Below, one piece after another: positions 27,650 to 43,023 of a DNA stretch of 64,000 nucleotides. Position 1 is the stretch's first letter. Each line of letters starts with the position of its first letter. This stretch comes from Dimorphilus gyrociliatus. Taxonomy: Eukaryota > Animalia > Annelida. Below the pieces are notes generated by a model, which was not told where the DNA came from, ran no database searches, and was given only the letters and a program-made list of their open reading frames with translations. Made by a program: the position numbers and the translations under genes. Where the stretch lies: NCBI GenBank assembly GCA_904063045.1, contig CAJFCJ010000022.1, positions 620,001-684,000 on the forward strand. Direction: 5' to 3'.

Positions 27650-30600
27650 TTAAAATATATCTGGACAATTAGTCCAATCCCTCTTCCAGTAACTCTGATC
27701 AAAAATCCATTCATTCTGTCCGGTGGCAGGATGTTTATCAAGTTTAAACCATCTGAAAGGAATAGCATATATTAATATTTACGATATATATGTAATTAGT
27801 CTAAAACTAGATGATTTAACAGAGAGATCATAATAGAACGAATAAAAACATCAACAGTCTAGTATCGAGTGTAGAAATATAGACGAATATAACTATTCGA
27901 TGCTCTTATGCGGGGTGGAAATCTAAATAAGGGAATAGATCGTTTATTACTTGTTTTCAAGTAGGTGGATATGAAAATAAAGAAGAAGAAGAAAACAAGT
28001 AGAACAAACAAACACATTGGTGACAAAGAGAAAATTCAAAATATGATGATTGAATGTGCAATCACAATTTCTTTCTCTATCTTTCTTTCTCTCATTCTAT
28101 TCTACATAATTTATTCGTTTACTAATTGTTTAAAGGCTTAATTAACTAGTATCTTCTCACTCTTTATTACCTTTCTCCTCTTATTTTACTAAAAAAATGT
28201 TTATAGATATCCTTAATAGTTTTCTTATAAAAGGTATTAAGTATATGTATACTCATATATAATCATATGTATGTATACAAACTATTCAAGTTAGTAAAAA
28301 GTAATAAATTACCGTTGACACCAGTCGTTCTTATCTTTTTTTCTATGTCTTCTCGACTCTCTCTGCTTCTCTTCGACTCTGTGCTTTTCTTCGCCAGCGC
28401 CATCTATCGGATAAATTCGATTATTATAATCAAAACAAAATGAAATACTCTTATATTTTTTATGTTGACACATAAAAAGTGTTATTTTTTGCATTTTTTT
28501 AACGCTTAACATAGTTAATTAGCCAATTAATAGGTTAATTAGTCAACTAAAGTTAATACTAACCAACATCTCCCTCTTCCAATTTCCTAATATCTGGCCT
28601 TAGTCTGGAGTCAGTAGGCGGCAAAGATTTAAAACCTTCTCCCATTTCATTAAGAGTAATAGCAAAATTTGAAAAATTGTAATACTGCAATAAAGAGAGA
28701 AAAATAAAAAAATGAGTATAAGAATAGCAAGTCGAGTTAATTCGATTCGATTAGTAAATAGAAGAGTGCATTCTCCCACCTTTAGAGATATATTGACTTT
28801 TTGTACGCACTCTTTTAAAACACTACTTAAAAAAAACAATATTGTCTAATAAGCATATTTCTCACTTCCAAATAATTAATTCTATCAATTTCCCTGAACG
28901 TCATTTAATTAAAAATAAGAAAGAAAGAAGAATATTTGTTTACTTCATGACTTTGATCAGATCTTTTGTTCGCCGACCATAGAAGACGTTGATTTGGTAG
29001 TTGATTTTGCAAGGCGTCTTCATACTTAATATTATCCATCTGTAGTCGATAAAATAAACACATTTTTTAATGTTTTCGTTAAACCGAATAAAAGACATTG
29101 ATGACTCTGAACGAAAGATAGATAAACAACTTAAGTTTATCTTCTTTGCTCACTGTCCATCATTCGTATTTCTATTAGAATGATTAATGTCAACTGCCTA
29201 AAACAGGGACGACTCTTCAACAATCGAAATTAATTACAAGTTGAAATTTTCACTTGAAAAGACAACGAAAAGGAAGAATTATAGAAATAATATAGTTTAA
29301 ACGGATTAATTGATTGATTAATTAATCAATTCGTTAACCTCGTTGATTCATTGACCGATTAATTTGTTAAATACGTAAAATTTCCTTCTATTAAAAAGGA
29401 AATTTGATAATTATCTTCGTTCGCCGATATACAATATGATAAAGGACTTTCTTATAAATTCTGAATATGGTCAACGTGTATTTCTTATTAGTTCTAATAC
29501 GGCTGTTATCTTGATCATTCGAGATAGCGAAAACTTGGTTAGTCTTATTGAAGCTATTAGAAAATAGGTACAAGAACTACTGGAAATATACAGTTAATTA
29601 CGATAGTGACCTCCTATATCTTATAACATCTTTTTCAATTGAAGGGTTAGAGAGTTGTCTGCCTATGATATTAATATTTAATCATATTCTAAAAATATAT
29701 AGTATACTCTAGAAATAGTTGTTATTGCAATCTATACTTTTAAGGTCACAACTAGCAAAAATACTCTTATAAATCTAATTTCTTGTTTGTGTTTTACTTA
29801 CATTTGCAGTGACATCATAACTATATAGGTTATCTATCCATCGTCCGATGAAATATTTCATCTTTTCTTTATCTTCACTCAGAACGTATCCATCAACCTC
29901 GTGTTGTCTGTGGCTCCTCCAACCGCAAGAGTGAAAATTCAGAATAGTCTCCCATCCCGTTTGGATACATTTTATATCCATTTTACCGTAGTGTTCAATC
30001 CACATTTTTCCAATGATTATGTTATGAATAGAACAGACGACATTGCTCCAAGTGTATGTTTCGTTCCATTTTTTCAAGTGAAGAATTACATTCCCCTTTG
30101 GAGTAATTTCCACACTCTTTCCCCAAAATTTCATTTTTGGGTGAATAGAACCGCAAAACGAGTAATTTTCGGATTCGGCGTGAAACGCAGATACAGGGGG
30201 ATGATGGGAAACTTGCTCGGCAGTGAGGCGAACACCAGGTCTAACTAACTCGTAGGTTTCTCCTAATAGAGGATTGAACGGTTTTGCTAAACGTTCGTGA
30301 TTAGACGATAGGGCAGAAACGGCAAATGCGGCCACATACTGTAATAATAAGCATTCAAATAAAAAATAGGGTCTATAAGGCGAATTATAATAAAAAGAAA
30401 TTTAATACAATATTGTCCTTGGCACATGTGTTTCGCCTTTAAAAGGGTTTGAACTTGATCCTATTTAAAGAACGAGTTCAAAATTGTGTAAAGTGAGTGA
30501 TAAGATAAATGCTAAGCAGATCGGTTTTTACAGCAGGAAAAATTAGTCATGAGAGATCAGAAACAATTTTCTTTCCACTAATAAAACATTCGTATTTGCA

Positions 30601-32620
30601 AATTTTGTTAAATTCTAATAGTTTACCTTCCGTCAATTCTTTCGCTTCTACAATCATACATTTGCGCAATGTTCTTCTATTCATCCGTCCGCCCTTCCAC
30701 CCTCCATCCCCCCTCCCCCCTCCCCCTGCATTTATAATATATATTTTCTTATTCATTCTCACTATCTATTTACCTGCTAATCTAAAAACTATACTTATTC
30801 TATCTATTAATAATTATCTCTTCCTCTTCTTTCGTATATCTCTCAAACATTTACTCATTCGCTCCTTTTAACACTTACACTCGTGAGTTCTTTTTACAGT
30901 CTCGCCACAAAATCAATACAATCTAATGATTATGAGTATTATAAAAGTCTAATTTATATCGATTATAATTCCTGGTAAGTCCATGTAACGCTGTTGTATA
31001 TACACCTAGGAGAAGACAACTACAAAGGGAAGAGAAGAAAGACTTAACCTCCATTCTACTGGTTGGATCGGGACTTTCATTAGCTTTGGTTAAAAGATCC
31101 GAATATTCCATATATTCAGTTATTCGCTGCAAGAAACTCAGAGGTTCATTAAAGACGATTGGCATCGTAATTTTGGACAATTCTTTTCCAATGCATTGCT
31201 TTAGTATACTCCAAACGCTGAATTCGCTTCTGGAGAACATTTTCACTGGAAGTCGGGTTCTATAGAAAGAGAAACAAACAATTATATATTGAATATGAAT
31301 AAATAGGAAATAGAGAAGAGAAGAAAATTGAATATTTGTTCAACAAGCATTGTTTTATGAGAGAGAGCTTTATAAAATTGAAAGAGAAATTATCATAGTT
31401 ATTTCAACATATGTTTCTATCTGACTAGAATAACATTTGTATCGCCTTTTTTTTTCTCTCTCTTTGTAAATTTATACAATAATAAAAAAAATCCGTACAA
31501 CAGATGACATGAAAAAGTCGAAAATATAAATAAAAAGCAGAACTTTCATTCTAATTCATAATCAATCAAATGTTATTTTCTCTCTCTTTGGTATTAAAAA
31601 GGATAAAAGAAAAACTAAATGAAACAGAAGGTATTGAAATGTGCATTTATAGGGAATGCTTCCTCTGCCGATCTTTTACGCAATTAAAATATGGTTCAAC
31701 AACTTTATTTGTAAAGAGGAATATATACAACTCGCTAAACGATGAGGTGTTTTAGAGAGAGAGAGAGAGAGAGAGAGGAGGCGGGGGTGGGGAGAAAGGA
31801 AGGGGGCATAGCAAAAAAGGCAAAAAAAAAAATTGTTAAAAAACTTTATCATAAAAATCACGTGACGATAATTTAATCATAATATTTTTGACTCCAAAAG
31901 TCAAGGATTCGTTAATAATTTAGAAAAGAAAGAAAGAATTCGTTTAAATAAATAATTATACTTGAATAATTACTTATTTAACGATATTTTAATGTATAAA
32001 TGAATAATAATTATGTTCTAATATTAGAGAAGAATAGATTAGATATATTGAAATTGGCGTAAACATAAAAATTGCCCCTTTTTCAATCCATCAATCTCAA
32101 GCTTGTGCTTTTAAAAGCATACTGTATATAATTGATTGTATTAATTTTCAATATCCATCGTCTCCCATTACCCCGTTTTCTCTGATTCCGTCAGCTTAAT
32201 TGTCATTAGTAGTGTGCGATAATTGCGTTATAAAATATATTTTGTTGTTTTTCTACTTAAAAAAAACAACGACGTCTAATTTGTTAAGAAAACAAGATAG
32301 TATGTTGTAATAGAGTTTTTGCTATAAAGCCATTTAGTCTGTTAACTGTGTTGTTTTTGACATTCCTATTAAAAGGATATTCATTTATAGATGTATATAA
32401 GTTAATTGAAAAGGTCAATGTCGAAATAATACATTGTACTAATGATTTACGGTTGATTAAACAATAATTTCAGTGCTCACCTGTGGCTATTATATCCTGC
32501 CTTTGGCAAACTACTATTTCTTGAGTGCTGTCGAGAATGATTTCCTTTTTTGGGAGACGCTTCGCATTCGTAGAATTCATCTTCGTCCGAATCGATGGAT
32601 TTCTTTTCTTGGGTACTCAT
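27650..32620 (-). CDS. OSBPL2: Oxysterol-binding protein-related protein, ORP1/ORP2 type, short form (FFAT-like motif + ORD)
   Basis: First coding exon [22 protein letters not shown]...SHR joins in phase to [33 protein letters not shown]. Fingerprints [12 protein letters not shown] and EQVSHHPP; [13 protein letters not shown]; EEKQR. Last exon WFKLDKHP...[13 protein letters not shown] ends at 27650. Confidence 0.93.
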
Positions 32621-33069
32621 ATTCCTGCCTGAAATATTTTGTTCAAAAAATAGGATTTTAATTGAATTTTCTCCAGCAGATAAACAATAACAAATGAAGT
32701 AATTCCCTCAATTCAGCCTATCATATCCCGTTTGTTCACAGATAAGGTTATCTGATAATGTTAGTTGTTTTATGAGGATACGTTCACCTTTCGGCGTTAT
32801 TAAAAAATACTTTCATTTTTAATTTATTAGCTGCTTTTCTCTTTTTTCTTTACATTTCTATTTATTGATAATCTTTCAGGGAAAACTTTATTTATATATG
32901 TAAATCGATCGTTTTCTTTTGCGTTTCCCTATTATTAAATTCTAGTCGAATTTAATGCTCTGCTTATAAATATAGTAGAAGTTTACTGAGAAAATGATAA
33001 GATAGAAACACAGAGAGAAAGAGAAAGAAAGAGAGGGAATCAAGAGGCAGATAGAGAAAATATACTTAC

Positions 33070-33190
<121 letters not shown>

Positions 33191-33988
33191 GATTTGAGAA
33201 CTCACTTTAAATATTTTCCTTCTCCAGAGTTCGCCAATCGATAACAGTCTCAAAAATCTGATTTTGATAAGCAACTTGTACTAGTTAAAATCAAAACGGA
33301 CAACGAGTAGCTCTTCTCCCGTACTTTGTACAGTTAATTAGTGGCCTATCTACGACAAATATTTCGCCATATTTATCTCCGTTAGGGATTGAATCGTAAA
33401 CGATATATACACTAGGCCTAAAAGTTCACCTTGGCGGGAAATTTAATTTAGTGATGCAATTTATCCCTCTTAACTAAACAAAAGATAATTGAATAAAATA
33501 CATTTAATAGAATAAGTCTGTTTTTGCGTTCGTAATAAATTAATATACTAATATATTTTCGTTTAGAGAAAATACAGAAAGAAGCTTGGTAAAAGAAAAA
33601 GAAAAAGAGAACAGTATGCTACGTTGGAAAGATGAATAGCGCCATCTATTATACAAAACGTTTATTTTATATGTAAATTTATATACCTGTGTGAATAAAT
33701 AAATAAATAAATAAATAAATATATATATATATATACACGTATATACTTATACAGCTATATATACGTAGATTAAAACATCTACGAATACAGATTGTACATA
33801 TCCTTTGATTCCAACTGAACTATGAGAATTAAGAAGTTGTTATGAATGTACCTGCGGAAGATATATACATATATAAACAAGTCTTACTATATCCTTCACT
33901 AACAGTAATTTACAACCGCCTTTGTACTTAGAAATATATATATTAAAAAAATAAACGGAAAATTACGAGGGCGATAATAAGAAGAAAT

Positions 33989-34373
33989 ATGGATGAAACA
34001 GGGAAACTAGATTTGAATGGTGATTTAATGATAGGAATACATATATTATTCTTTTCATCTGCCGTTTGTATAAATAAAGTATGTTGATAAATTAGATTAA
34101 TGTAATAAGAATAATTAAGATTAATTTAAAAGATATATATATATATATATATATACTGTATACGTTTCTACTCCACAGTACGTTCTTGCTGACTTGAAAT
34201 TTCAATATCCAACAATATTCCAGGGGTAAATAGGGTTATTTTACATTTTATATTATATAATACACCTAGATAAAAATACACGCAAGTTTAGCATATTAGA
34301 TTATTATAACCAGAAACAATCTGATTAGTCACGGGAGCGTTTGTGATAAAGCACGACATATTTTATATATATA

Positions 34374-34410
<37 letters not shown>

Positions 34411-34523
34411 CAGTGTATATATACATATTATTATTAAATAGTTCATAGATATACTGTATATAAAGTTACTTTTAAATAACAATCCCATTCCTTTACTTGT
34501 TTACATAGATATAAGCATGCATA

Positions 34524-34555
<32 letters not shown>

Positions 34556-35320
34556 AAATTGATGATATTTTGTTATAGGTGGCAAAATGCTTTTGGCCTA
34601 TTGGCACTGCTCATCTTTAAACAAATGAGATGTATAGATTTGAGAATACCTTCTAGTAATGAAATAGCTAAACAACTGCCATGTATGATTTCCTACGCTA
34701 TCGGAGCTTATTCGGGGTCGGTTACTCTTTCTAAATTGCCAGTTCCTATCCTACTCAGTGGAATAAATATTTTACAAACAGTTGATGCAATTAAACTACT
34801 AATCAGCGATAAATATATTCCATTCTGGAAATATACCGCTTTAATGATGGCATTAGTGTCTTTTATAGGGGGACTCTTACTGTTTAAACCGGAAAAGAGT
34901 GCTATTGTGTGGCTTATCATCTTCCTAATCTCAATGGGCTTTTACTCATTTTTTTCTAAAAGTAACGAATCTATAGCCAACAATGATAAAATGTTGGTAA
35001 ATTACATTTATACAGTTCTTATGATGGCTCCCTGTAGTATTCTCTTAGGGGACTTGAACACAGTTCCAAATTTTCAGTGGTTAAATTCTTATTTATTTTT
35101 TGCATTATGTTTTATAAGCGGCATTTTGGGTTTTGGCAGTTTATTAACACTTAATATCATTAAAGAAAATGTGGAGAATAGTCATATTATCACTCCTGTG
35201 GAAAATGCTCTATGCGCCGCAATTTCTTTACTCTTTTTTCAATTCCAGCTGACTGAGAGACCAATTTTATTTGTGTTTTGTTTAATAGTTAACTATCTGT
35301 CATCAATATTTGCCTCTTAA
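33989..35320 (+). CDS. TMEM241: TMEM241/SLC35D4-like nucleotide-sugar transporter (33989-34078, 34179-34225, 34579-35320)
   Basis: Spliced 'VCINK|YVLADLKFQYPTIFQG|WQNAFG' matches TMEM241 'LTNKYVLSVLKFTYPTLFQGWQT'. 'LVNYIYTVLM...LGDL' and 'SGILGF' are also conserved. Phases are consistent. Confidence 0.88.
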
Positions 35321-36168
35321 TAAAGCTAGTACATTAATTTGTCGTGTTGATACATTGATTCATACACTACTGACGCAACAAGAGCAAACTAGGTCAAGTG
35401 TTATTAAATGCTTTACTATATTATTTCTGATGTACATTTGTCTCGTCCTTTTTCTATTAATCTTCATTTTATCTCTCTCTCTCTCTAGGTTCTACTGATC
35501 TCTTAGTACCCATAGTCTTACGCCTATGGTTTCTGCAAGTTTTAAAATACATTCTCACATAAAAAAGTGACTGTCGTCCTTAAGAAAAGATTAATTCTTT
35601 ATTTTTAGGGCAAGGCCATCGTTCTCTATCGTGTCTGCTATTATTCAATTCTATTGACAATTCAAAAATTCGTGATCATATAATACTTTAATCATATGGT
35701 AAATGGAATCAATATACCTTAACTTTTAATAACGAAACACTGTCTGTAAGAGTATTTATACAATTCAACAGTTTACTAATTGGTGTTCAGCTATGAATAT
35801 AGATGTAACTAGCGTAGACTTTTATAGGAAAAAGTCAAAGCAATAGTCTCTATGGCATAGTTTATAACATTTTTTTCTTTGTTTTTATTATTTTTATCAT
35901 TGTACAGACAAAATATTTTACATACAGTATTACATTAATATTATATATATATATATATATGCATGTTTGTATGTTATGCATATATTCATAAATATTAACG
36001 CATATATACAAATACAAACACATATCTATTTACATATAATATTAGTAAATAGTTGTTTTCGTACGGGCACGTAAAAGCACAACATTTGACTTGGAGGGGA
36101 ACAGTTGTAAATAAGAGATTTTTAATTTGTTGCTTTTTAAAATACTATCTGAAAAAGGATTGATTGAC

Positions 36169-39100
36169 TTAAAATACTGCAATTTTATCTCTTGGCGTGT
36201 TGCAGAGGTCGTCATCGAGAGTAAGCAAAACCTATAAGAAGTAAAGAAAATCAGTACTCTCCTAAAAGCTCCCCTTAATAATTCTACGATTTATACAGTA
36301 TATATACAGTATAGCTGAGTAGTTATTATATATACGATGTGTGCCATTAACCTACCATAAAAGAGAAAAATAAGCTCATTGAACTGAAAAAATGCCAGAT
36401 GTCGTGTGAATCGTAAAAGTTAAATAAAATACATTTATCGTTATATCTTCTGGAGAGAGATGGAGTTGTCTGTTTGAATAGTTGAAAATATTCTATAGGG
36501 TTAAAATTCTATTCCATTTTCTCATTAACTTACATGCCAATCCGTTAGGTTTGTTAAAAAGAATTTAAATGAAAACGCCCAAAGGATCGACGCTATAATT
36601 GTAAATATTAAAGGTAGCGGTCTAATTCTTTCTTTCGAACGTAACTGAAATAGAAGAAAGTAGTAAATATTCATTTTTCCTTAAATTCTATACAAACTTT
36701 CATAATAATGTAAAATGCAAAGTACAATAGAAGATTTATTATAAATATGGCCAAAAGCCATAGAGCAAATGCAGCTGGTTCCATAATCATTCCATAGATG
36801 GCACTTGATTATATTAAAAGTTTGTTATTAATCTTTATCAAGTATTTATATTTGGGTATTTGTAAACCCTTATTGTTTTTTTTCAATTAAAACTTACAGG
36901 CCTATATTAATGGAATTCACCAAAGACAGAAGAATAAATCTATCCAAGTAGGTTGGTCTTGAACAGGTCAAAATATCTGTTCTGAAGAGGAAATACAAGC
37001 GTTTGAAGACGCTCAAATCTGAATAACAAAGCGACGGTTGTTTGATTAATAATTTCATGGACGACGTCTTTGAATAGTACAAACCTAGTTTCCAGCGTCC
37101 CATATAATAAATATGAACGCTAAACATAAAAACGACAAAAATATGAACAAAAGATACAATTATCCAGAATGCTTTAGTGCTCCTAACGACGCCAACAACG
37201 GAAAGGAAGATGACGCAAGCCAGAATAAAATAAGCCGTATGGGAATGAGCATTAATATCCGGATGACGAATCTGATAAATTTTCAGCATAAGAAGCCAAG
37301 CAATCATGTACATGAAAGCAGTATCTAAAGGATAAGAACAAGGAAAGAAAATTAAAAAGAGACAGGCGTTTCTTTTTTGTTTTAAGAATTTAACAAACCA
37401 AATTGAAAGTTGTTATAACTCGGGCAAACGTGATAGCAACCGCTTAATATTCCTTCCATTATAAGAGCATATCCCATAGCGTAAAATAAACCAAAATGTT
37501 GTGGAATACCATATTTCTTAAATTGGAAAAATACAAAAGAATGTTCATTATGTTAGTTTGCATTTATAGCATTAGATATACTGTTTATTAGTATATATAT
37601 ACACTTTATATAGTAAATATCCTACAATAGACGCTTGTTCTTAGGTTAAACCTTGATTACTGAAAAGCTCTTGGCGCTTACAGCAACTTTTTTTTTTTTA
37701 ACCTAATCTCACGTTTCGTGGGAGTTCATACCCTGCCAAGCTGTTAATATGGTCCATTCTAGTTTATATTAGAATATTTACAATGTATACTAGCCATATT
37801 CAATAGCGATATCTTCAAAATATATGCTAACTTTTCTAAAACAATTATATAGCTAATATATTTGTGACACATGAGGAATAATTGATTTACTTTGGCTAAA
37901 CAGTCGTCAAAGTTCAAACACCTCGGCGATTTCTACTGTATTACTCTATTGGGATTTGCAAAATGGCGAGTAATATTAATTCCCGTTAAACATACATGCA
38001 GTATGCATATCCTGTATACTTGTATAAACAATATACTAATATATATTCCTTACCATTTCTAGCGACGGATTAAAAATAACTGTCTGTCTGTAAATCATCT
38101 CCCTGGTGAAAAGGTAAATATTAACAGAGTTAATGTTTTTAAAAGAATAGACATCAAGATTATTTTACCTCCTGAATACCAATATAAGGAAAAGTACTCC
38201 CAACATGACGTAGCCGATATTACTATAAAATGAATAAAAGTTTACTAAGTTGTTTGTCTTGTTTGTCTTGTATCTTTTATGTAGATATAATTCACCTGAA
38301 GACGTTATTAAAAGCTGTTAATTGGCCAAGAGGCATTGCGCAATAAAAGTTGTAATAGCAGAGATCTTCGTTGCCAGTTTTATTGAGAACTTTTTGATAA
38401 GTAAATACTAATTGAATAACTGGAAGGCAGTAAAATACGCTTATAGTCAACAAGTTCCATAGGTAAAGTCGGTATTTCTTTGACAATCTTTTCGAATTTT
38501 TACGTGACAAATCCGATACGTGTAAAACTGTCTGTTTATTGAATAGAGGAAAGTTTGAATTACAAATAATTTATATATATATATATATATATACAGTATA
38601 TATGTCTAATGTGATTTATGAATGAAAAAATTTGAATGACAGTCCTACATAACAGCAACTTCTATATTTCTGCATATCAATATGAGAAAATATAGACGTT
38701 AATGTTCATTATTACTATTATTTTGAATAATAATAATAGTAATAAATAAATGAATGAATGAATGAATGAATAAAGCAATTCGTGCATATTGTTTTAAAAT
38801 TATAGTAAAATCTACACTACTTTACAACAATTACGAAGCTATGTGAATGACAATGCACTATCAATCCGTTCAAAATCTAACGCTATATTCTAATTCAGTA
38901 CACAAGGATACGGGGACAGATAATGAATATTAATATATATATATATATATATAAATTAATATATATATGCATTTATATGCACATTTCTATAAAAAATTGA
39001 CTAAGAATGAACTTTAATCTATGCATTTTTGATGATAAAAGTATCAAGTCCCTTATTTTATAATTAAAAAAATAAAGAAAAATAAGGACTTTGAAATCAC

Positions 39101-42100
39101 GTGATGATAAGAAAATAACATATGAGATAATTATTAAGTAATTTAGTTTTTTACTCTTTGGGCGGACTGCTCCTTTTTTTTTTATTATTTTTAATGGATT
39201 ACACCAATTTTTGTATCTTTAACTTTAAGCCATAAAGATAAGGAGAAGAAAAAGAAAAAAAATTAAAAAAAAAAGAAATTAGATAAGATTTTTAAACATT
39301 CTAATAATAACTATAATAATACAGTATATAGTTATGTATACATATAAATACATATATATATATACAGTATATATATATTTATACTGTATATCTATACTGT
39401 ATATATACTAATATATAGATAAAACAGGGTTCTTTAAACGACAATGAAAAGTAAATAAAGTTAAAACAAAGTTTATTAACTGATTTGTTCACCTGAGAGT
39501 CGCCTAATTCGTCCTTGATAACAATGCAAACATTTTTAAATATTGTTCTAAATATGATTTATAAGCAAAAGCTAAAACTATCCTTTTTTTGTTTAATAAT
39601 TCTATAAATACCTTTGAGCGGAAAACGTTCTTGTCGCTCTCCGCATCGTTTAACGTATCAAAATCGTCTTCGTTTAAGGATGAATCCGATGATTGACGTC
39701 GAATTACGTGTGGGATACCAGTTGATTGTGGTGCATCTTTTCATAATTTCAAATTTGATTGAGTTGGATGAATAGCAAAATTTTATTATTTAATTATACC
39801 GGTTGTTGCTCCATATCCGTCCATTTGTCCCTCAGAAGCAACAATTGGAGATCTCATTCCATCTATAAAGTTATACGAATAGAGTATTTAATAATGACGA
39901 AACTTGTAAACTTGTTCACCGTTAACCAAAATAATCAAAAAATAAGGAATGAAACTAAACCATTCCGCCAGCAGAACAAAGAAGGAACAATGGCCTATTG
40001 CATAAGAGAAGCTAGAAGACGCTATTTGATATTCTATCATTCTATAACTATGATAAATATATACAACTGTATAGCTTAAAATGAAAAGAAGAATAACTAT
40101 TATTAAAGTTATATTGCGCTATGATTAATTAGAATCCCATCACCAAAAATGTAATAACAACCTTTCTATAGTTTGTTGTAATTTCTTTTTGGAATAAAAT
40201 TAATTTTAGAATAACAGCAAATTTAAGAAAGAATAAAGGTAATTTATTCCGCTTTATCGCTTTTTTGTCTTTTGGCGAGAGAGAGAGCGAGAGAGAGAGA
40301 GAGAGCAAAAAAAAAAGAAAGAGGCCTATTTACTCTTCCTTTACTTAAATTTATATTTTGCCGTTTGACAATTTTACCTAGAAGACTTTCATTTTCACTG
40401 TCGTCTGCAAATATGCATCTTTTAATTATCGTATGAATATTCATAGGATAATAATTATGCAAAAAATACATTAGCGTCTGCTAAAATTATCCTATCCTTT
40501 ATTATAAGAACTTTACATAGAGTATTTAATAGAAAAGTTTAAAGATGAACTTACCATTTCTTTCAGTAACGAGAGGCTGAGAGACGTTCTTCTTAAATCT
40601 ATTCCAAGTCAATCTAATTAATTATAAGTCGACAATACAATTAAGGAAATAGTGTACATACGTAAAATAACAAATGCAACATATGACCATGGCAACGATG
40701 TAAAAGAGCAGAAACCAGGCTATAGCGAACAGTATAGGTTCCCAATATTTGCTTTCTTCAAAAGATATAACAAGTTAAATTACTTAGTTAAAAGGAAAAA
40801 GAGAAGAAGATAAAGGGAGAGAATTAATGAGAGGCATGCGGAATATGGGCTGCATATAATACTTAAATATATAATTAGATGTGTAAGAAAAAAAGAATTG
40901 ATTTACTTGGTAGAGCACTCTTGACCGTAAAACTGATGAATTTCTTCGTATTATTACCAGGATGTTTTTCGACAGCTTTCGTACAATCAGACTTTGTAAG
41001 ACTTGCTACAAAAACCAAGAAGAAACCTCCGGGAAATGCCTTTTTCTGTAGGAATTTTTCGTTATTTTTTTTTTAATTCAGAATAAATCAAGTTTATTTA
41101 GGTGACAAGAAACAGAAAAAGTAGTATATTCGTATTGCTTACGGCTATAGTCATTCCAGCTTTATTCTGTACTGTTTGATAGATGCCTGTATATTCGATA
41201 TTTCTCGTTAAATCAAAGACCGGGCACTATAGGATTCAGTGATAAAGGATACGTTAATAATACTTCCGAAGGTAATTAAAGCTTCAATACATATACAATA
41301 AACAAGAGCTGAATCGTCTACCTTTCTATCCTGAACGGATACGTGCATACAGAGATCGTCCGGACTTTCTATTGTTATAAGAACACTATCCTCTTTACCA
41401 AATGAATACATGAAATATTCGGGAGTGGATGGAGATATAGTTGTATTCATCATTTGTCCTTTCCTTATCACGAGCAGAAGAAGAAGCAGAAGAGGAAAGA
41501 GGAAGAGTACATGAAACAACGAAATAGAGAATGGTTGCACCTCCATTACAATTAAACAAACAAATATACCAACTTTATTTCGAAATCTTTAACTTTCTCC
41601 AATTTAATATCAAAGTTCCTTGATGCATTGTAAGTTGATACATCAACGTACAGGGATTGGGTTTGTCCTTTACGGAATTTCGCCTGAAGGGGACAAAGCG
41701 TTCTTGAAACACTAACATATAAATAGTTTCCATTTGAACTATTGTTGGCGCTTTGAAAGAGTAATGGAATCTGCCAGGAGAGAACGCCTGAAATAGACAA
41801 AATAAGATTAAGACTAAACGAATGTATGTGTATTAACATTTTATAAATTGGAATAATCAACATTATTGTCAAGTGGCGTCGTCGCTTACCAGAGCGCCGT
41901 TGCGTCAAATGTAAATAATAAATGAAAAATAATTAGCTTAGAATGTCCTTTACATAGAAAATATATATATAGATATTCAGTTTACAGCATATATTCTTCT
42001 ATATAATTTATACATTATACATTTCAATATGGAGATATATTAATATACTGTATATAGGGCTATTCATTCAAATTACCTGTTTGCCTTCGAACAATGAATA

Positions 42101-42616
42101 GTGTAGGGTAAGGTAGACTGGAATCGTTTGAGGTAGTTGTTATTCGGAATACTTGAGTCTAAAGTAATTATTGTTCTTGTTATAGTGAAAGTAAGAACAT
42201 ACAGCATCGATAAATATACATGTTGTATACATATGCATTTCCCCAGCTCTTTTAATTATAAACTCTACTTTTGATACGTATCAGCGATTGAAATTCACTT
42301 AGAATTAATTGCATATGTCTTTATACACATACACAGATACTCTTACCTTTTGCGGTGTTTCTGTATACGTATAGATGTAGGTGTAAGAGACATCGCCGTT
42401 TACTAGTCCAGTCTCTTTCTTTCCTATTGTCAGGTTCTTGTAGTTAATCAACGACTTTAATCCAGCTGCATTCTTCAACCTCTTTGCGATATTCACCAAC
42501 TTATTGTTCCTGTTCACATCTTCTATAAAGGATGAACTTTGCTTCCAATCGTCACGTGATCCATATGCTAGGCAATTCAAGGCGATTATGGCAACAAAAG
42601 ATATGGTTTTCAGCAT
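36169..42616 (-). CDS. SIDT1: SID-1 transmembrane family member (SIDT1/2, CHUP-1-like), ~20 exons
   Basis: Signal peptide from 42616. Motifs: [23 protein letters not shown]...[26 protein letters not shown]...[23 protein letters not shown]-terminus [20 protein letters not shown]. Confidence 0.93.
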
Positions 42617-43023
42617 TCTGCACCAGATTTAAGAGAATAGACAATCAAATTATTGTTTCAATGTTGATTCCTAAGACAAGATGGTTGGGAAGGGGCGTAA
42701 AACGATAGCTTATCCATTCGATAATTCATGCAGACGAGACAGGAAGTAGACTGCTAACCACCAATAGATGGCGTTGACGTCTACTATTGGGCAATGACAA
42801 AACTGTGCAGCCGGAGTAAAAGTCTTTACATGGTTAGAATAGATAGAAGACAAATCGCGTATGGTGTAATGTATAGAATAAATATTTGATATATTCGAGA
42901 ACGTAGAGCTGTCGAGAAACTTTTAAAGATTCTACTATTAGTCTATAGAAGAAGAAGCAGGAGAAGAGGAGGATGTTATCGAGAAAACATTACTAAATAA
43001 TTGAGTTAACGTAATAAAGATCT

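Noticed and set aside
28394-28408. Excellent CTCF-like match CCGATAGATGGCGCT (minus strand)
   Set aside because: It is the OSBP splice acceptor plus the codons for DGA, so other constraints explain it.
29398-29558. Protein-looking + strand frame ([11 protein letters not shown]…AIRK*) in an OSBP intron
   Set aside because: No ATG or partner exon; the length is within chance for this window.
29901-30248. 115-aa + strand ORF
   Set aside because: Antisense to the OSBP ORD exon.
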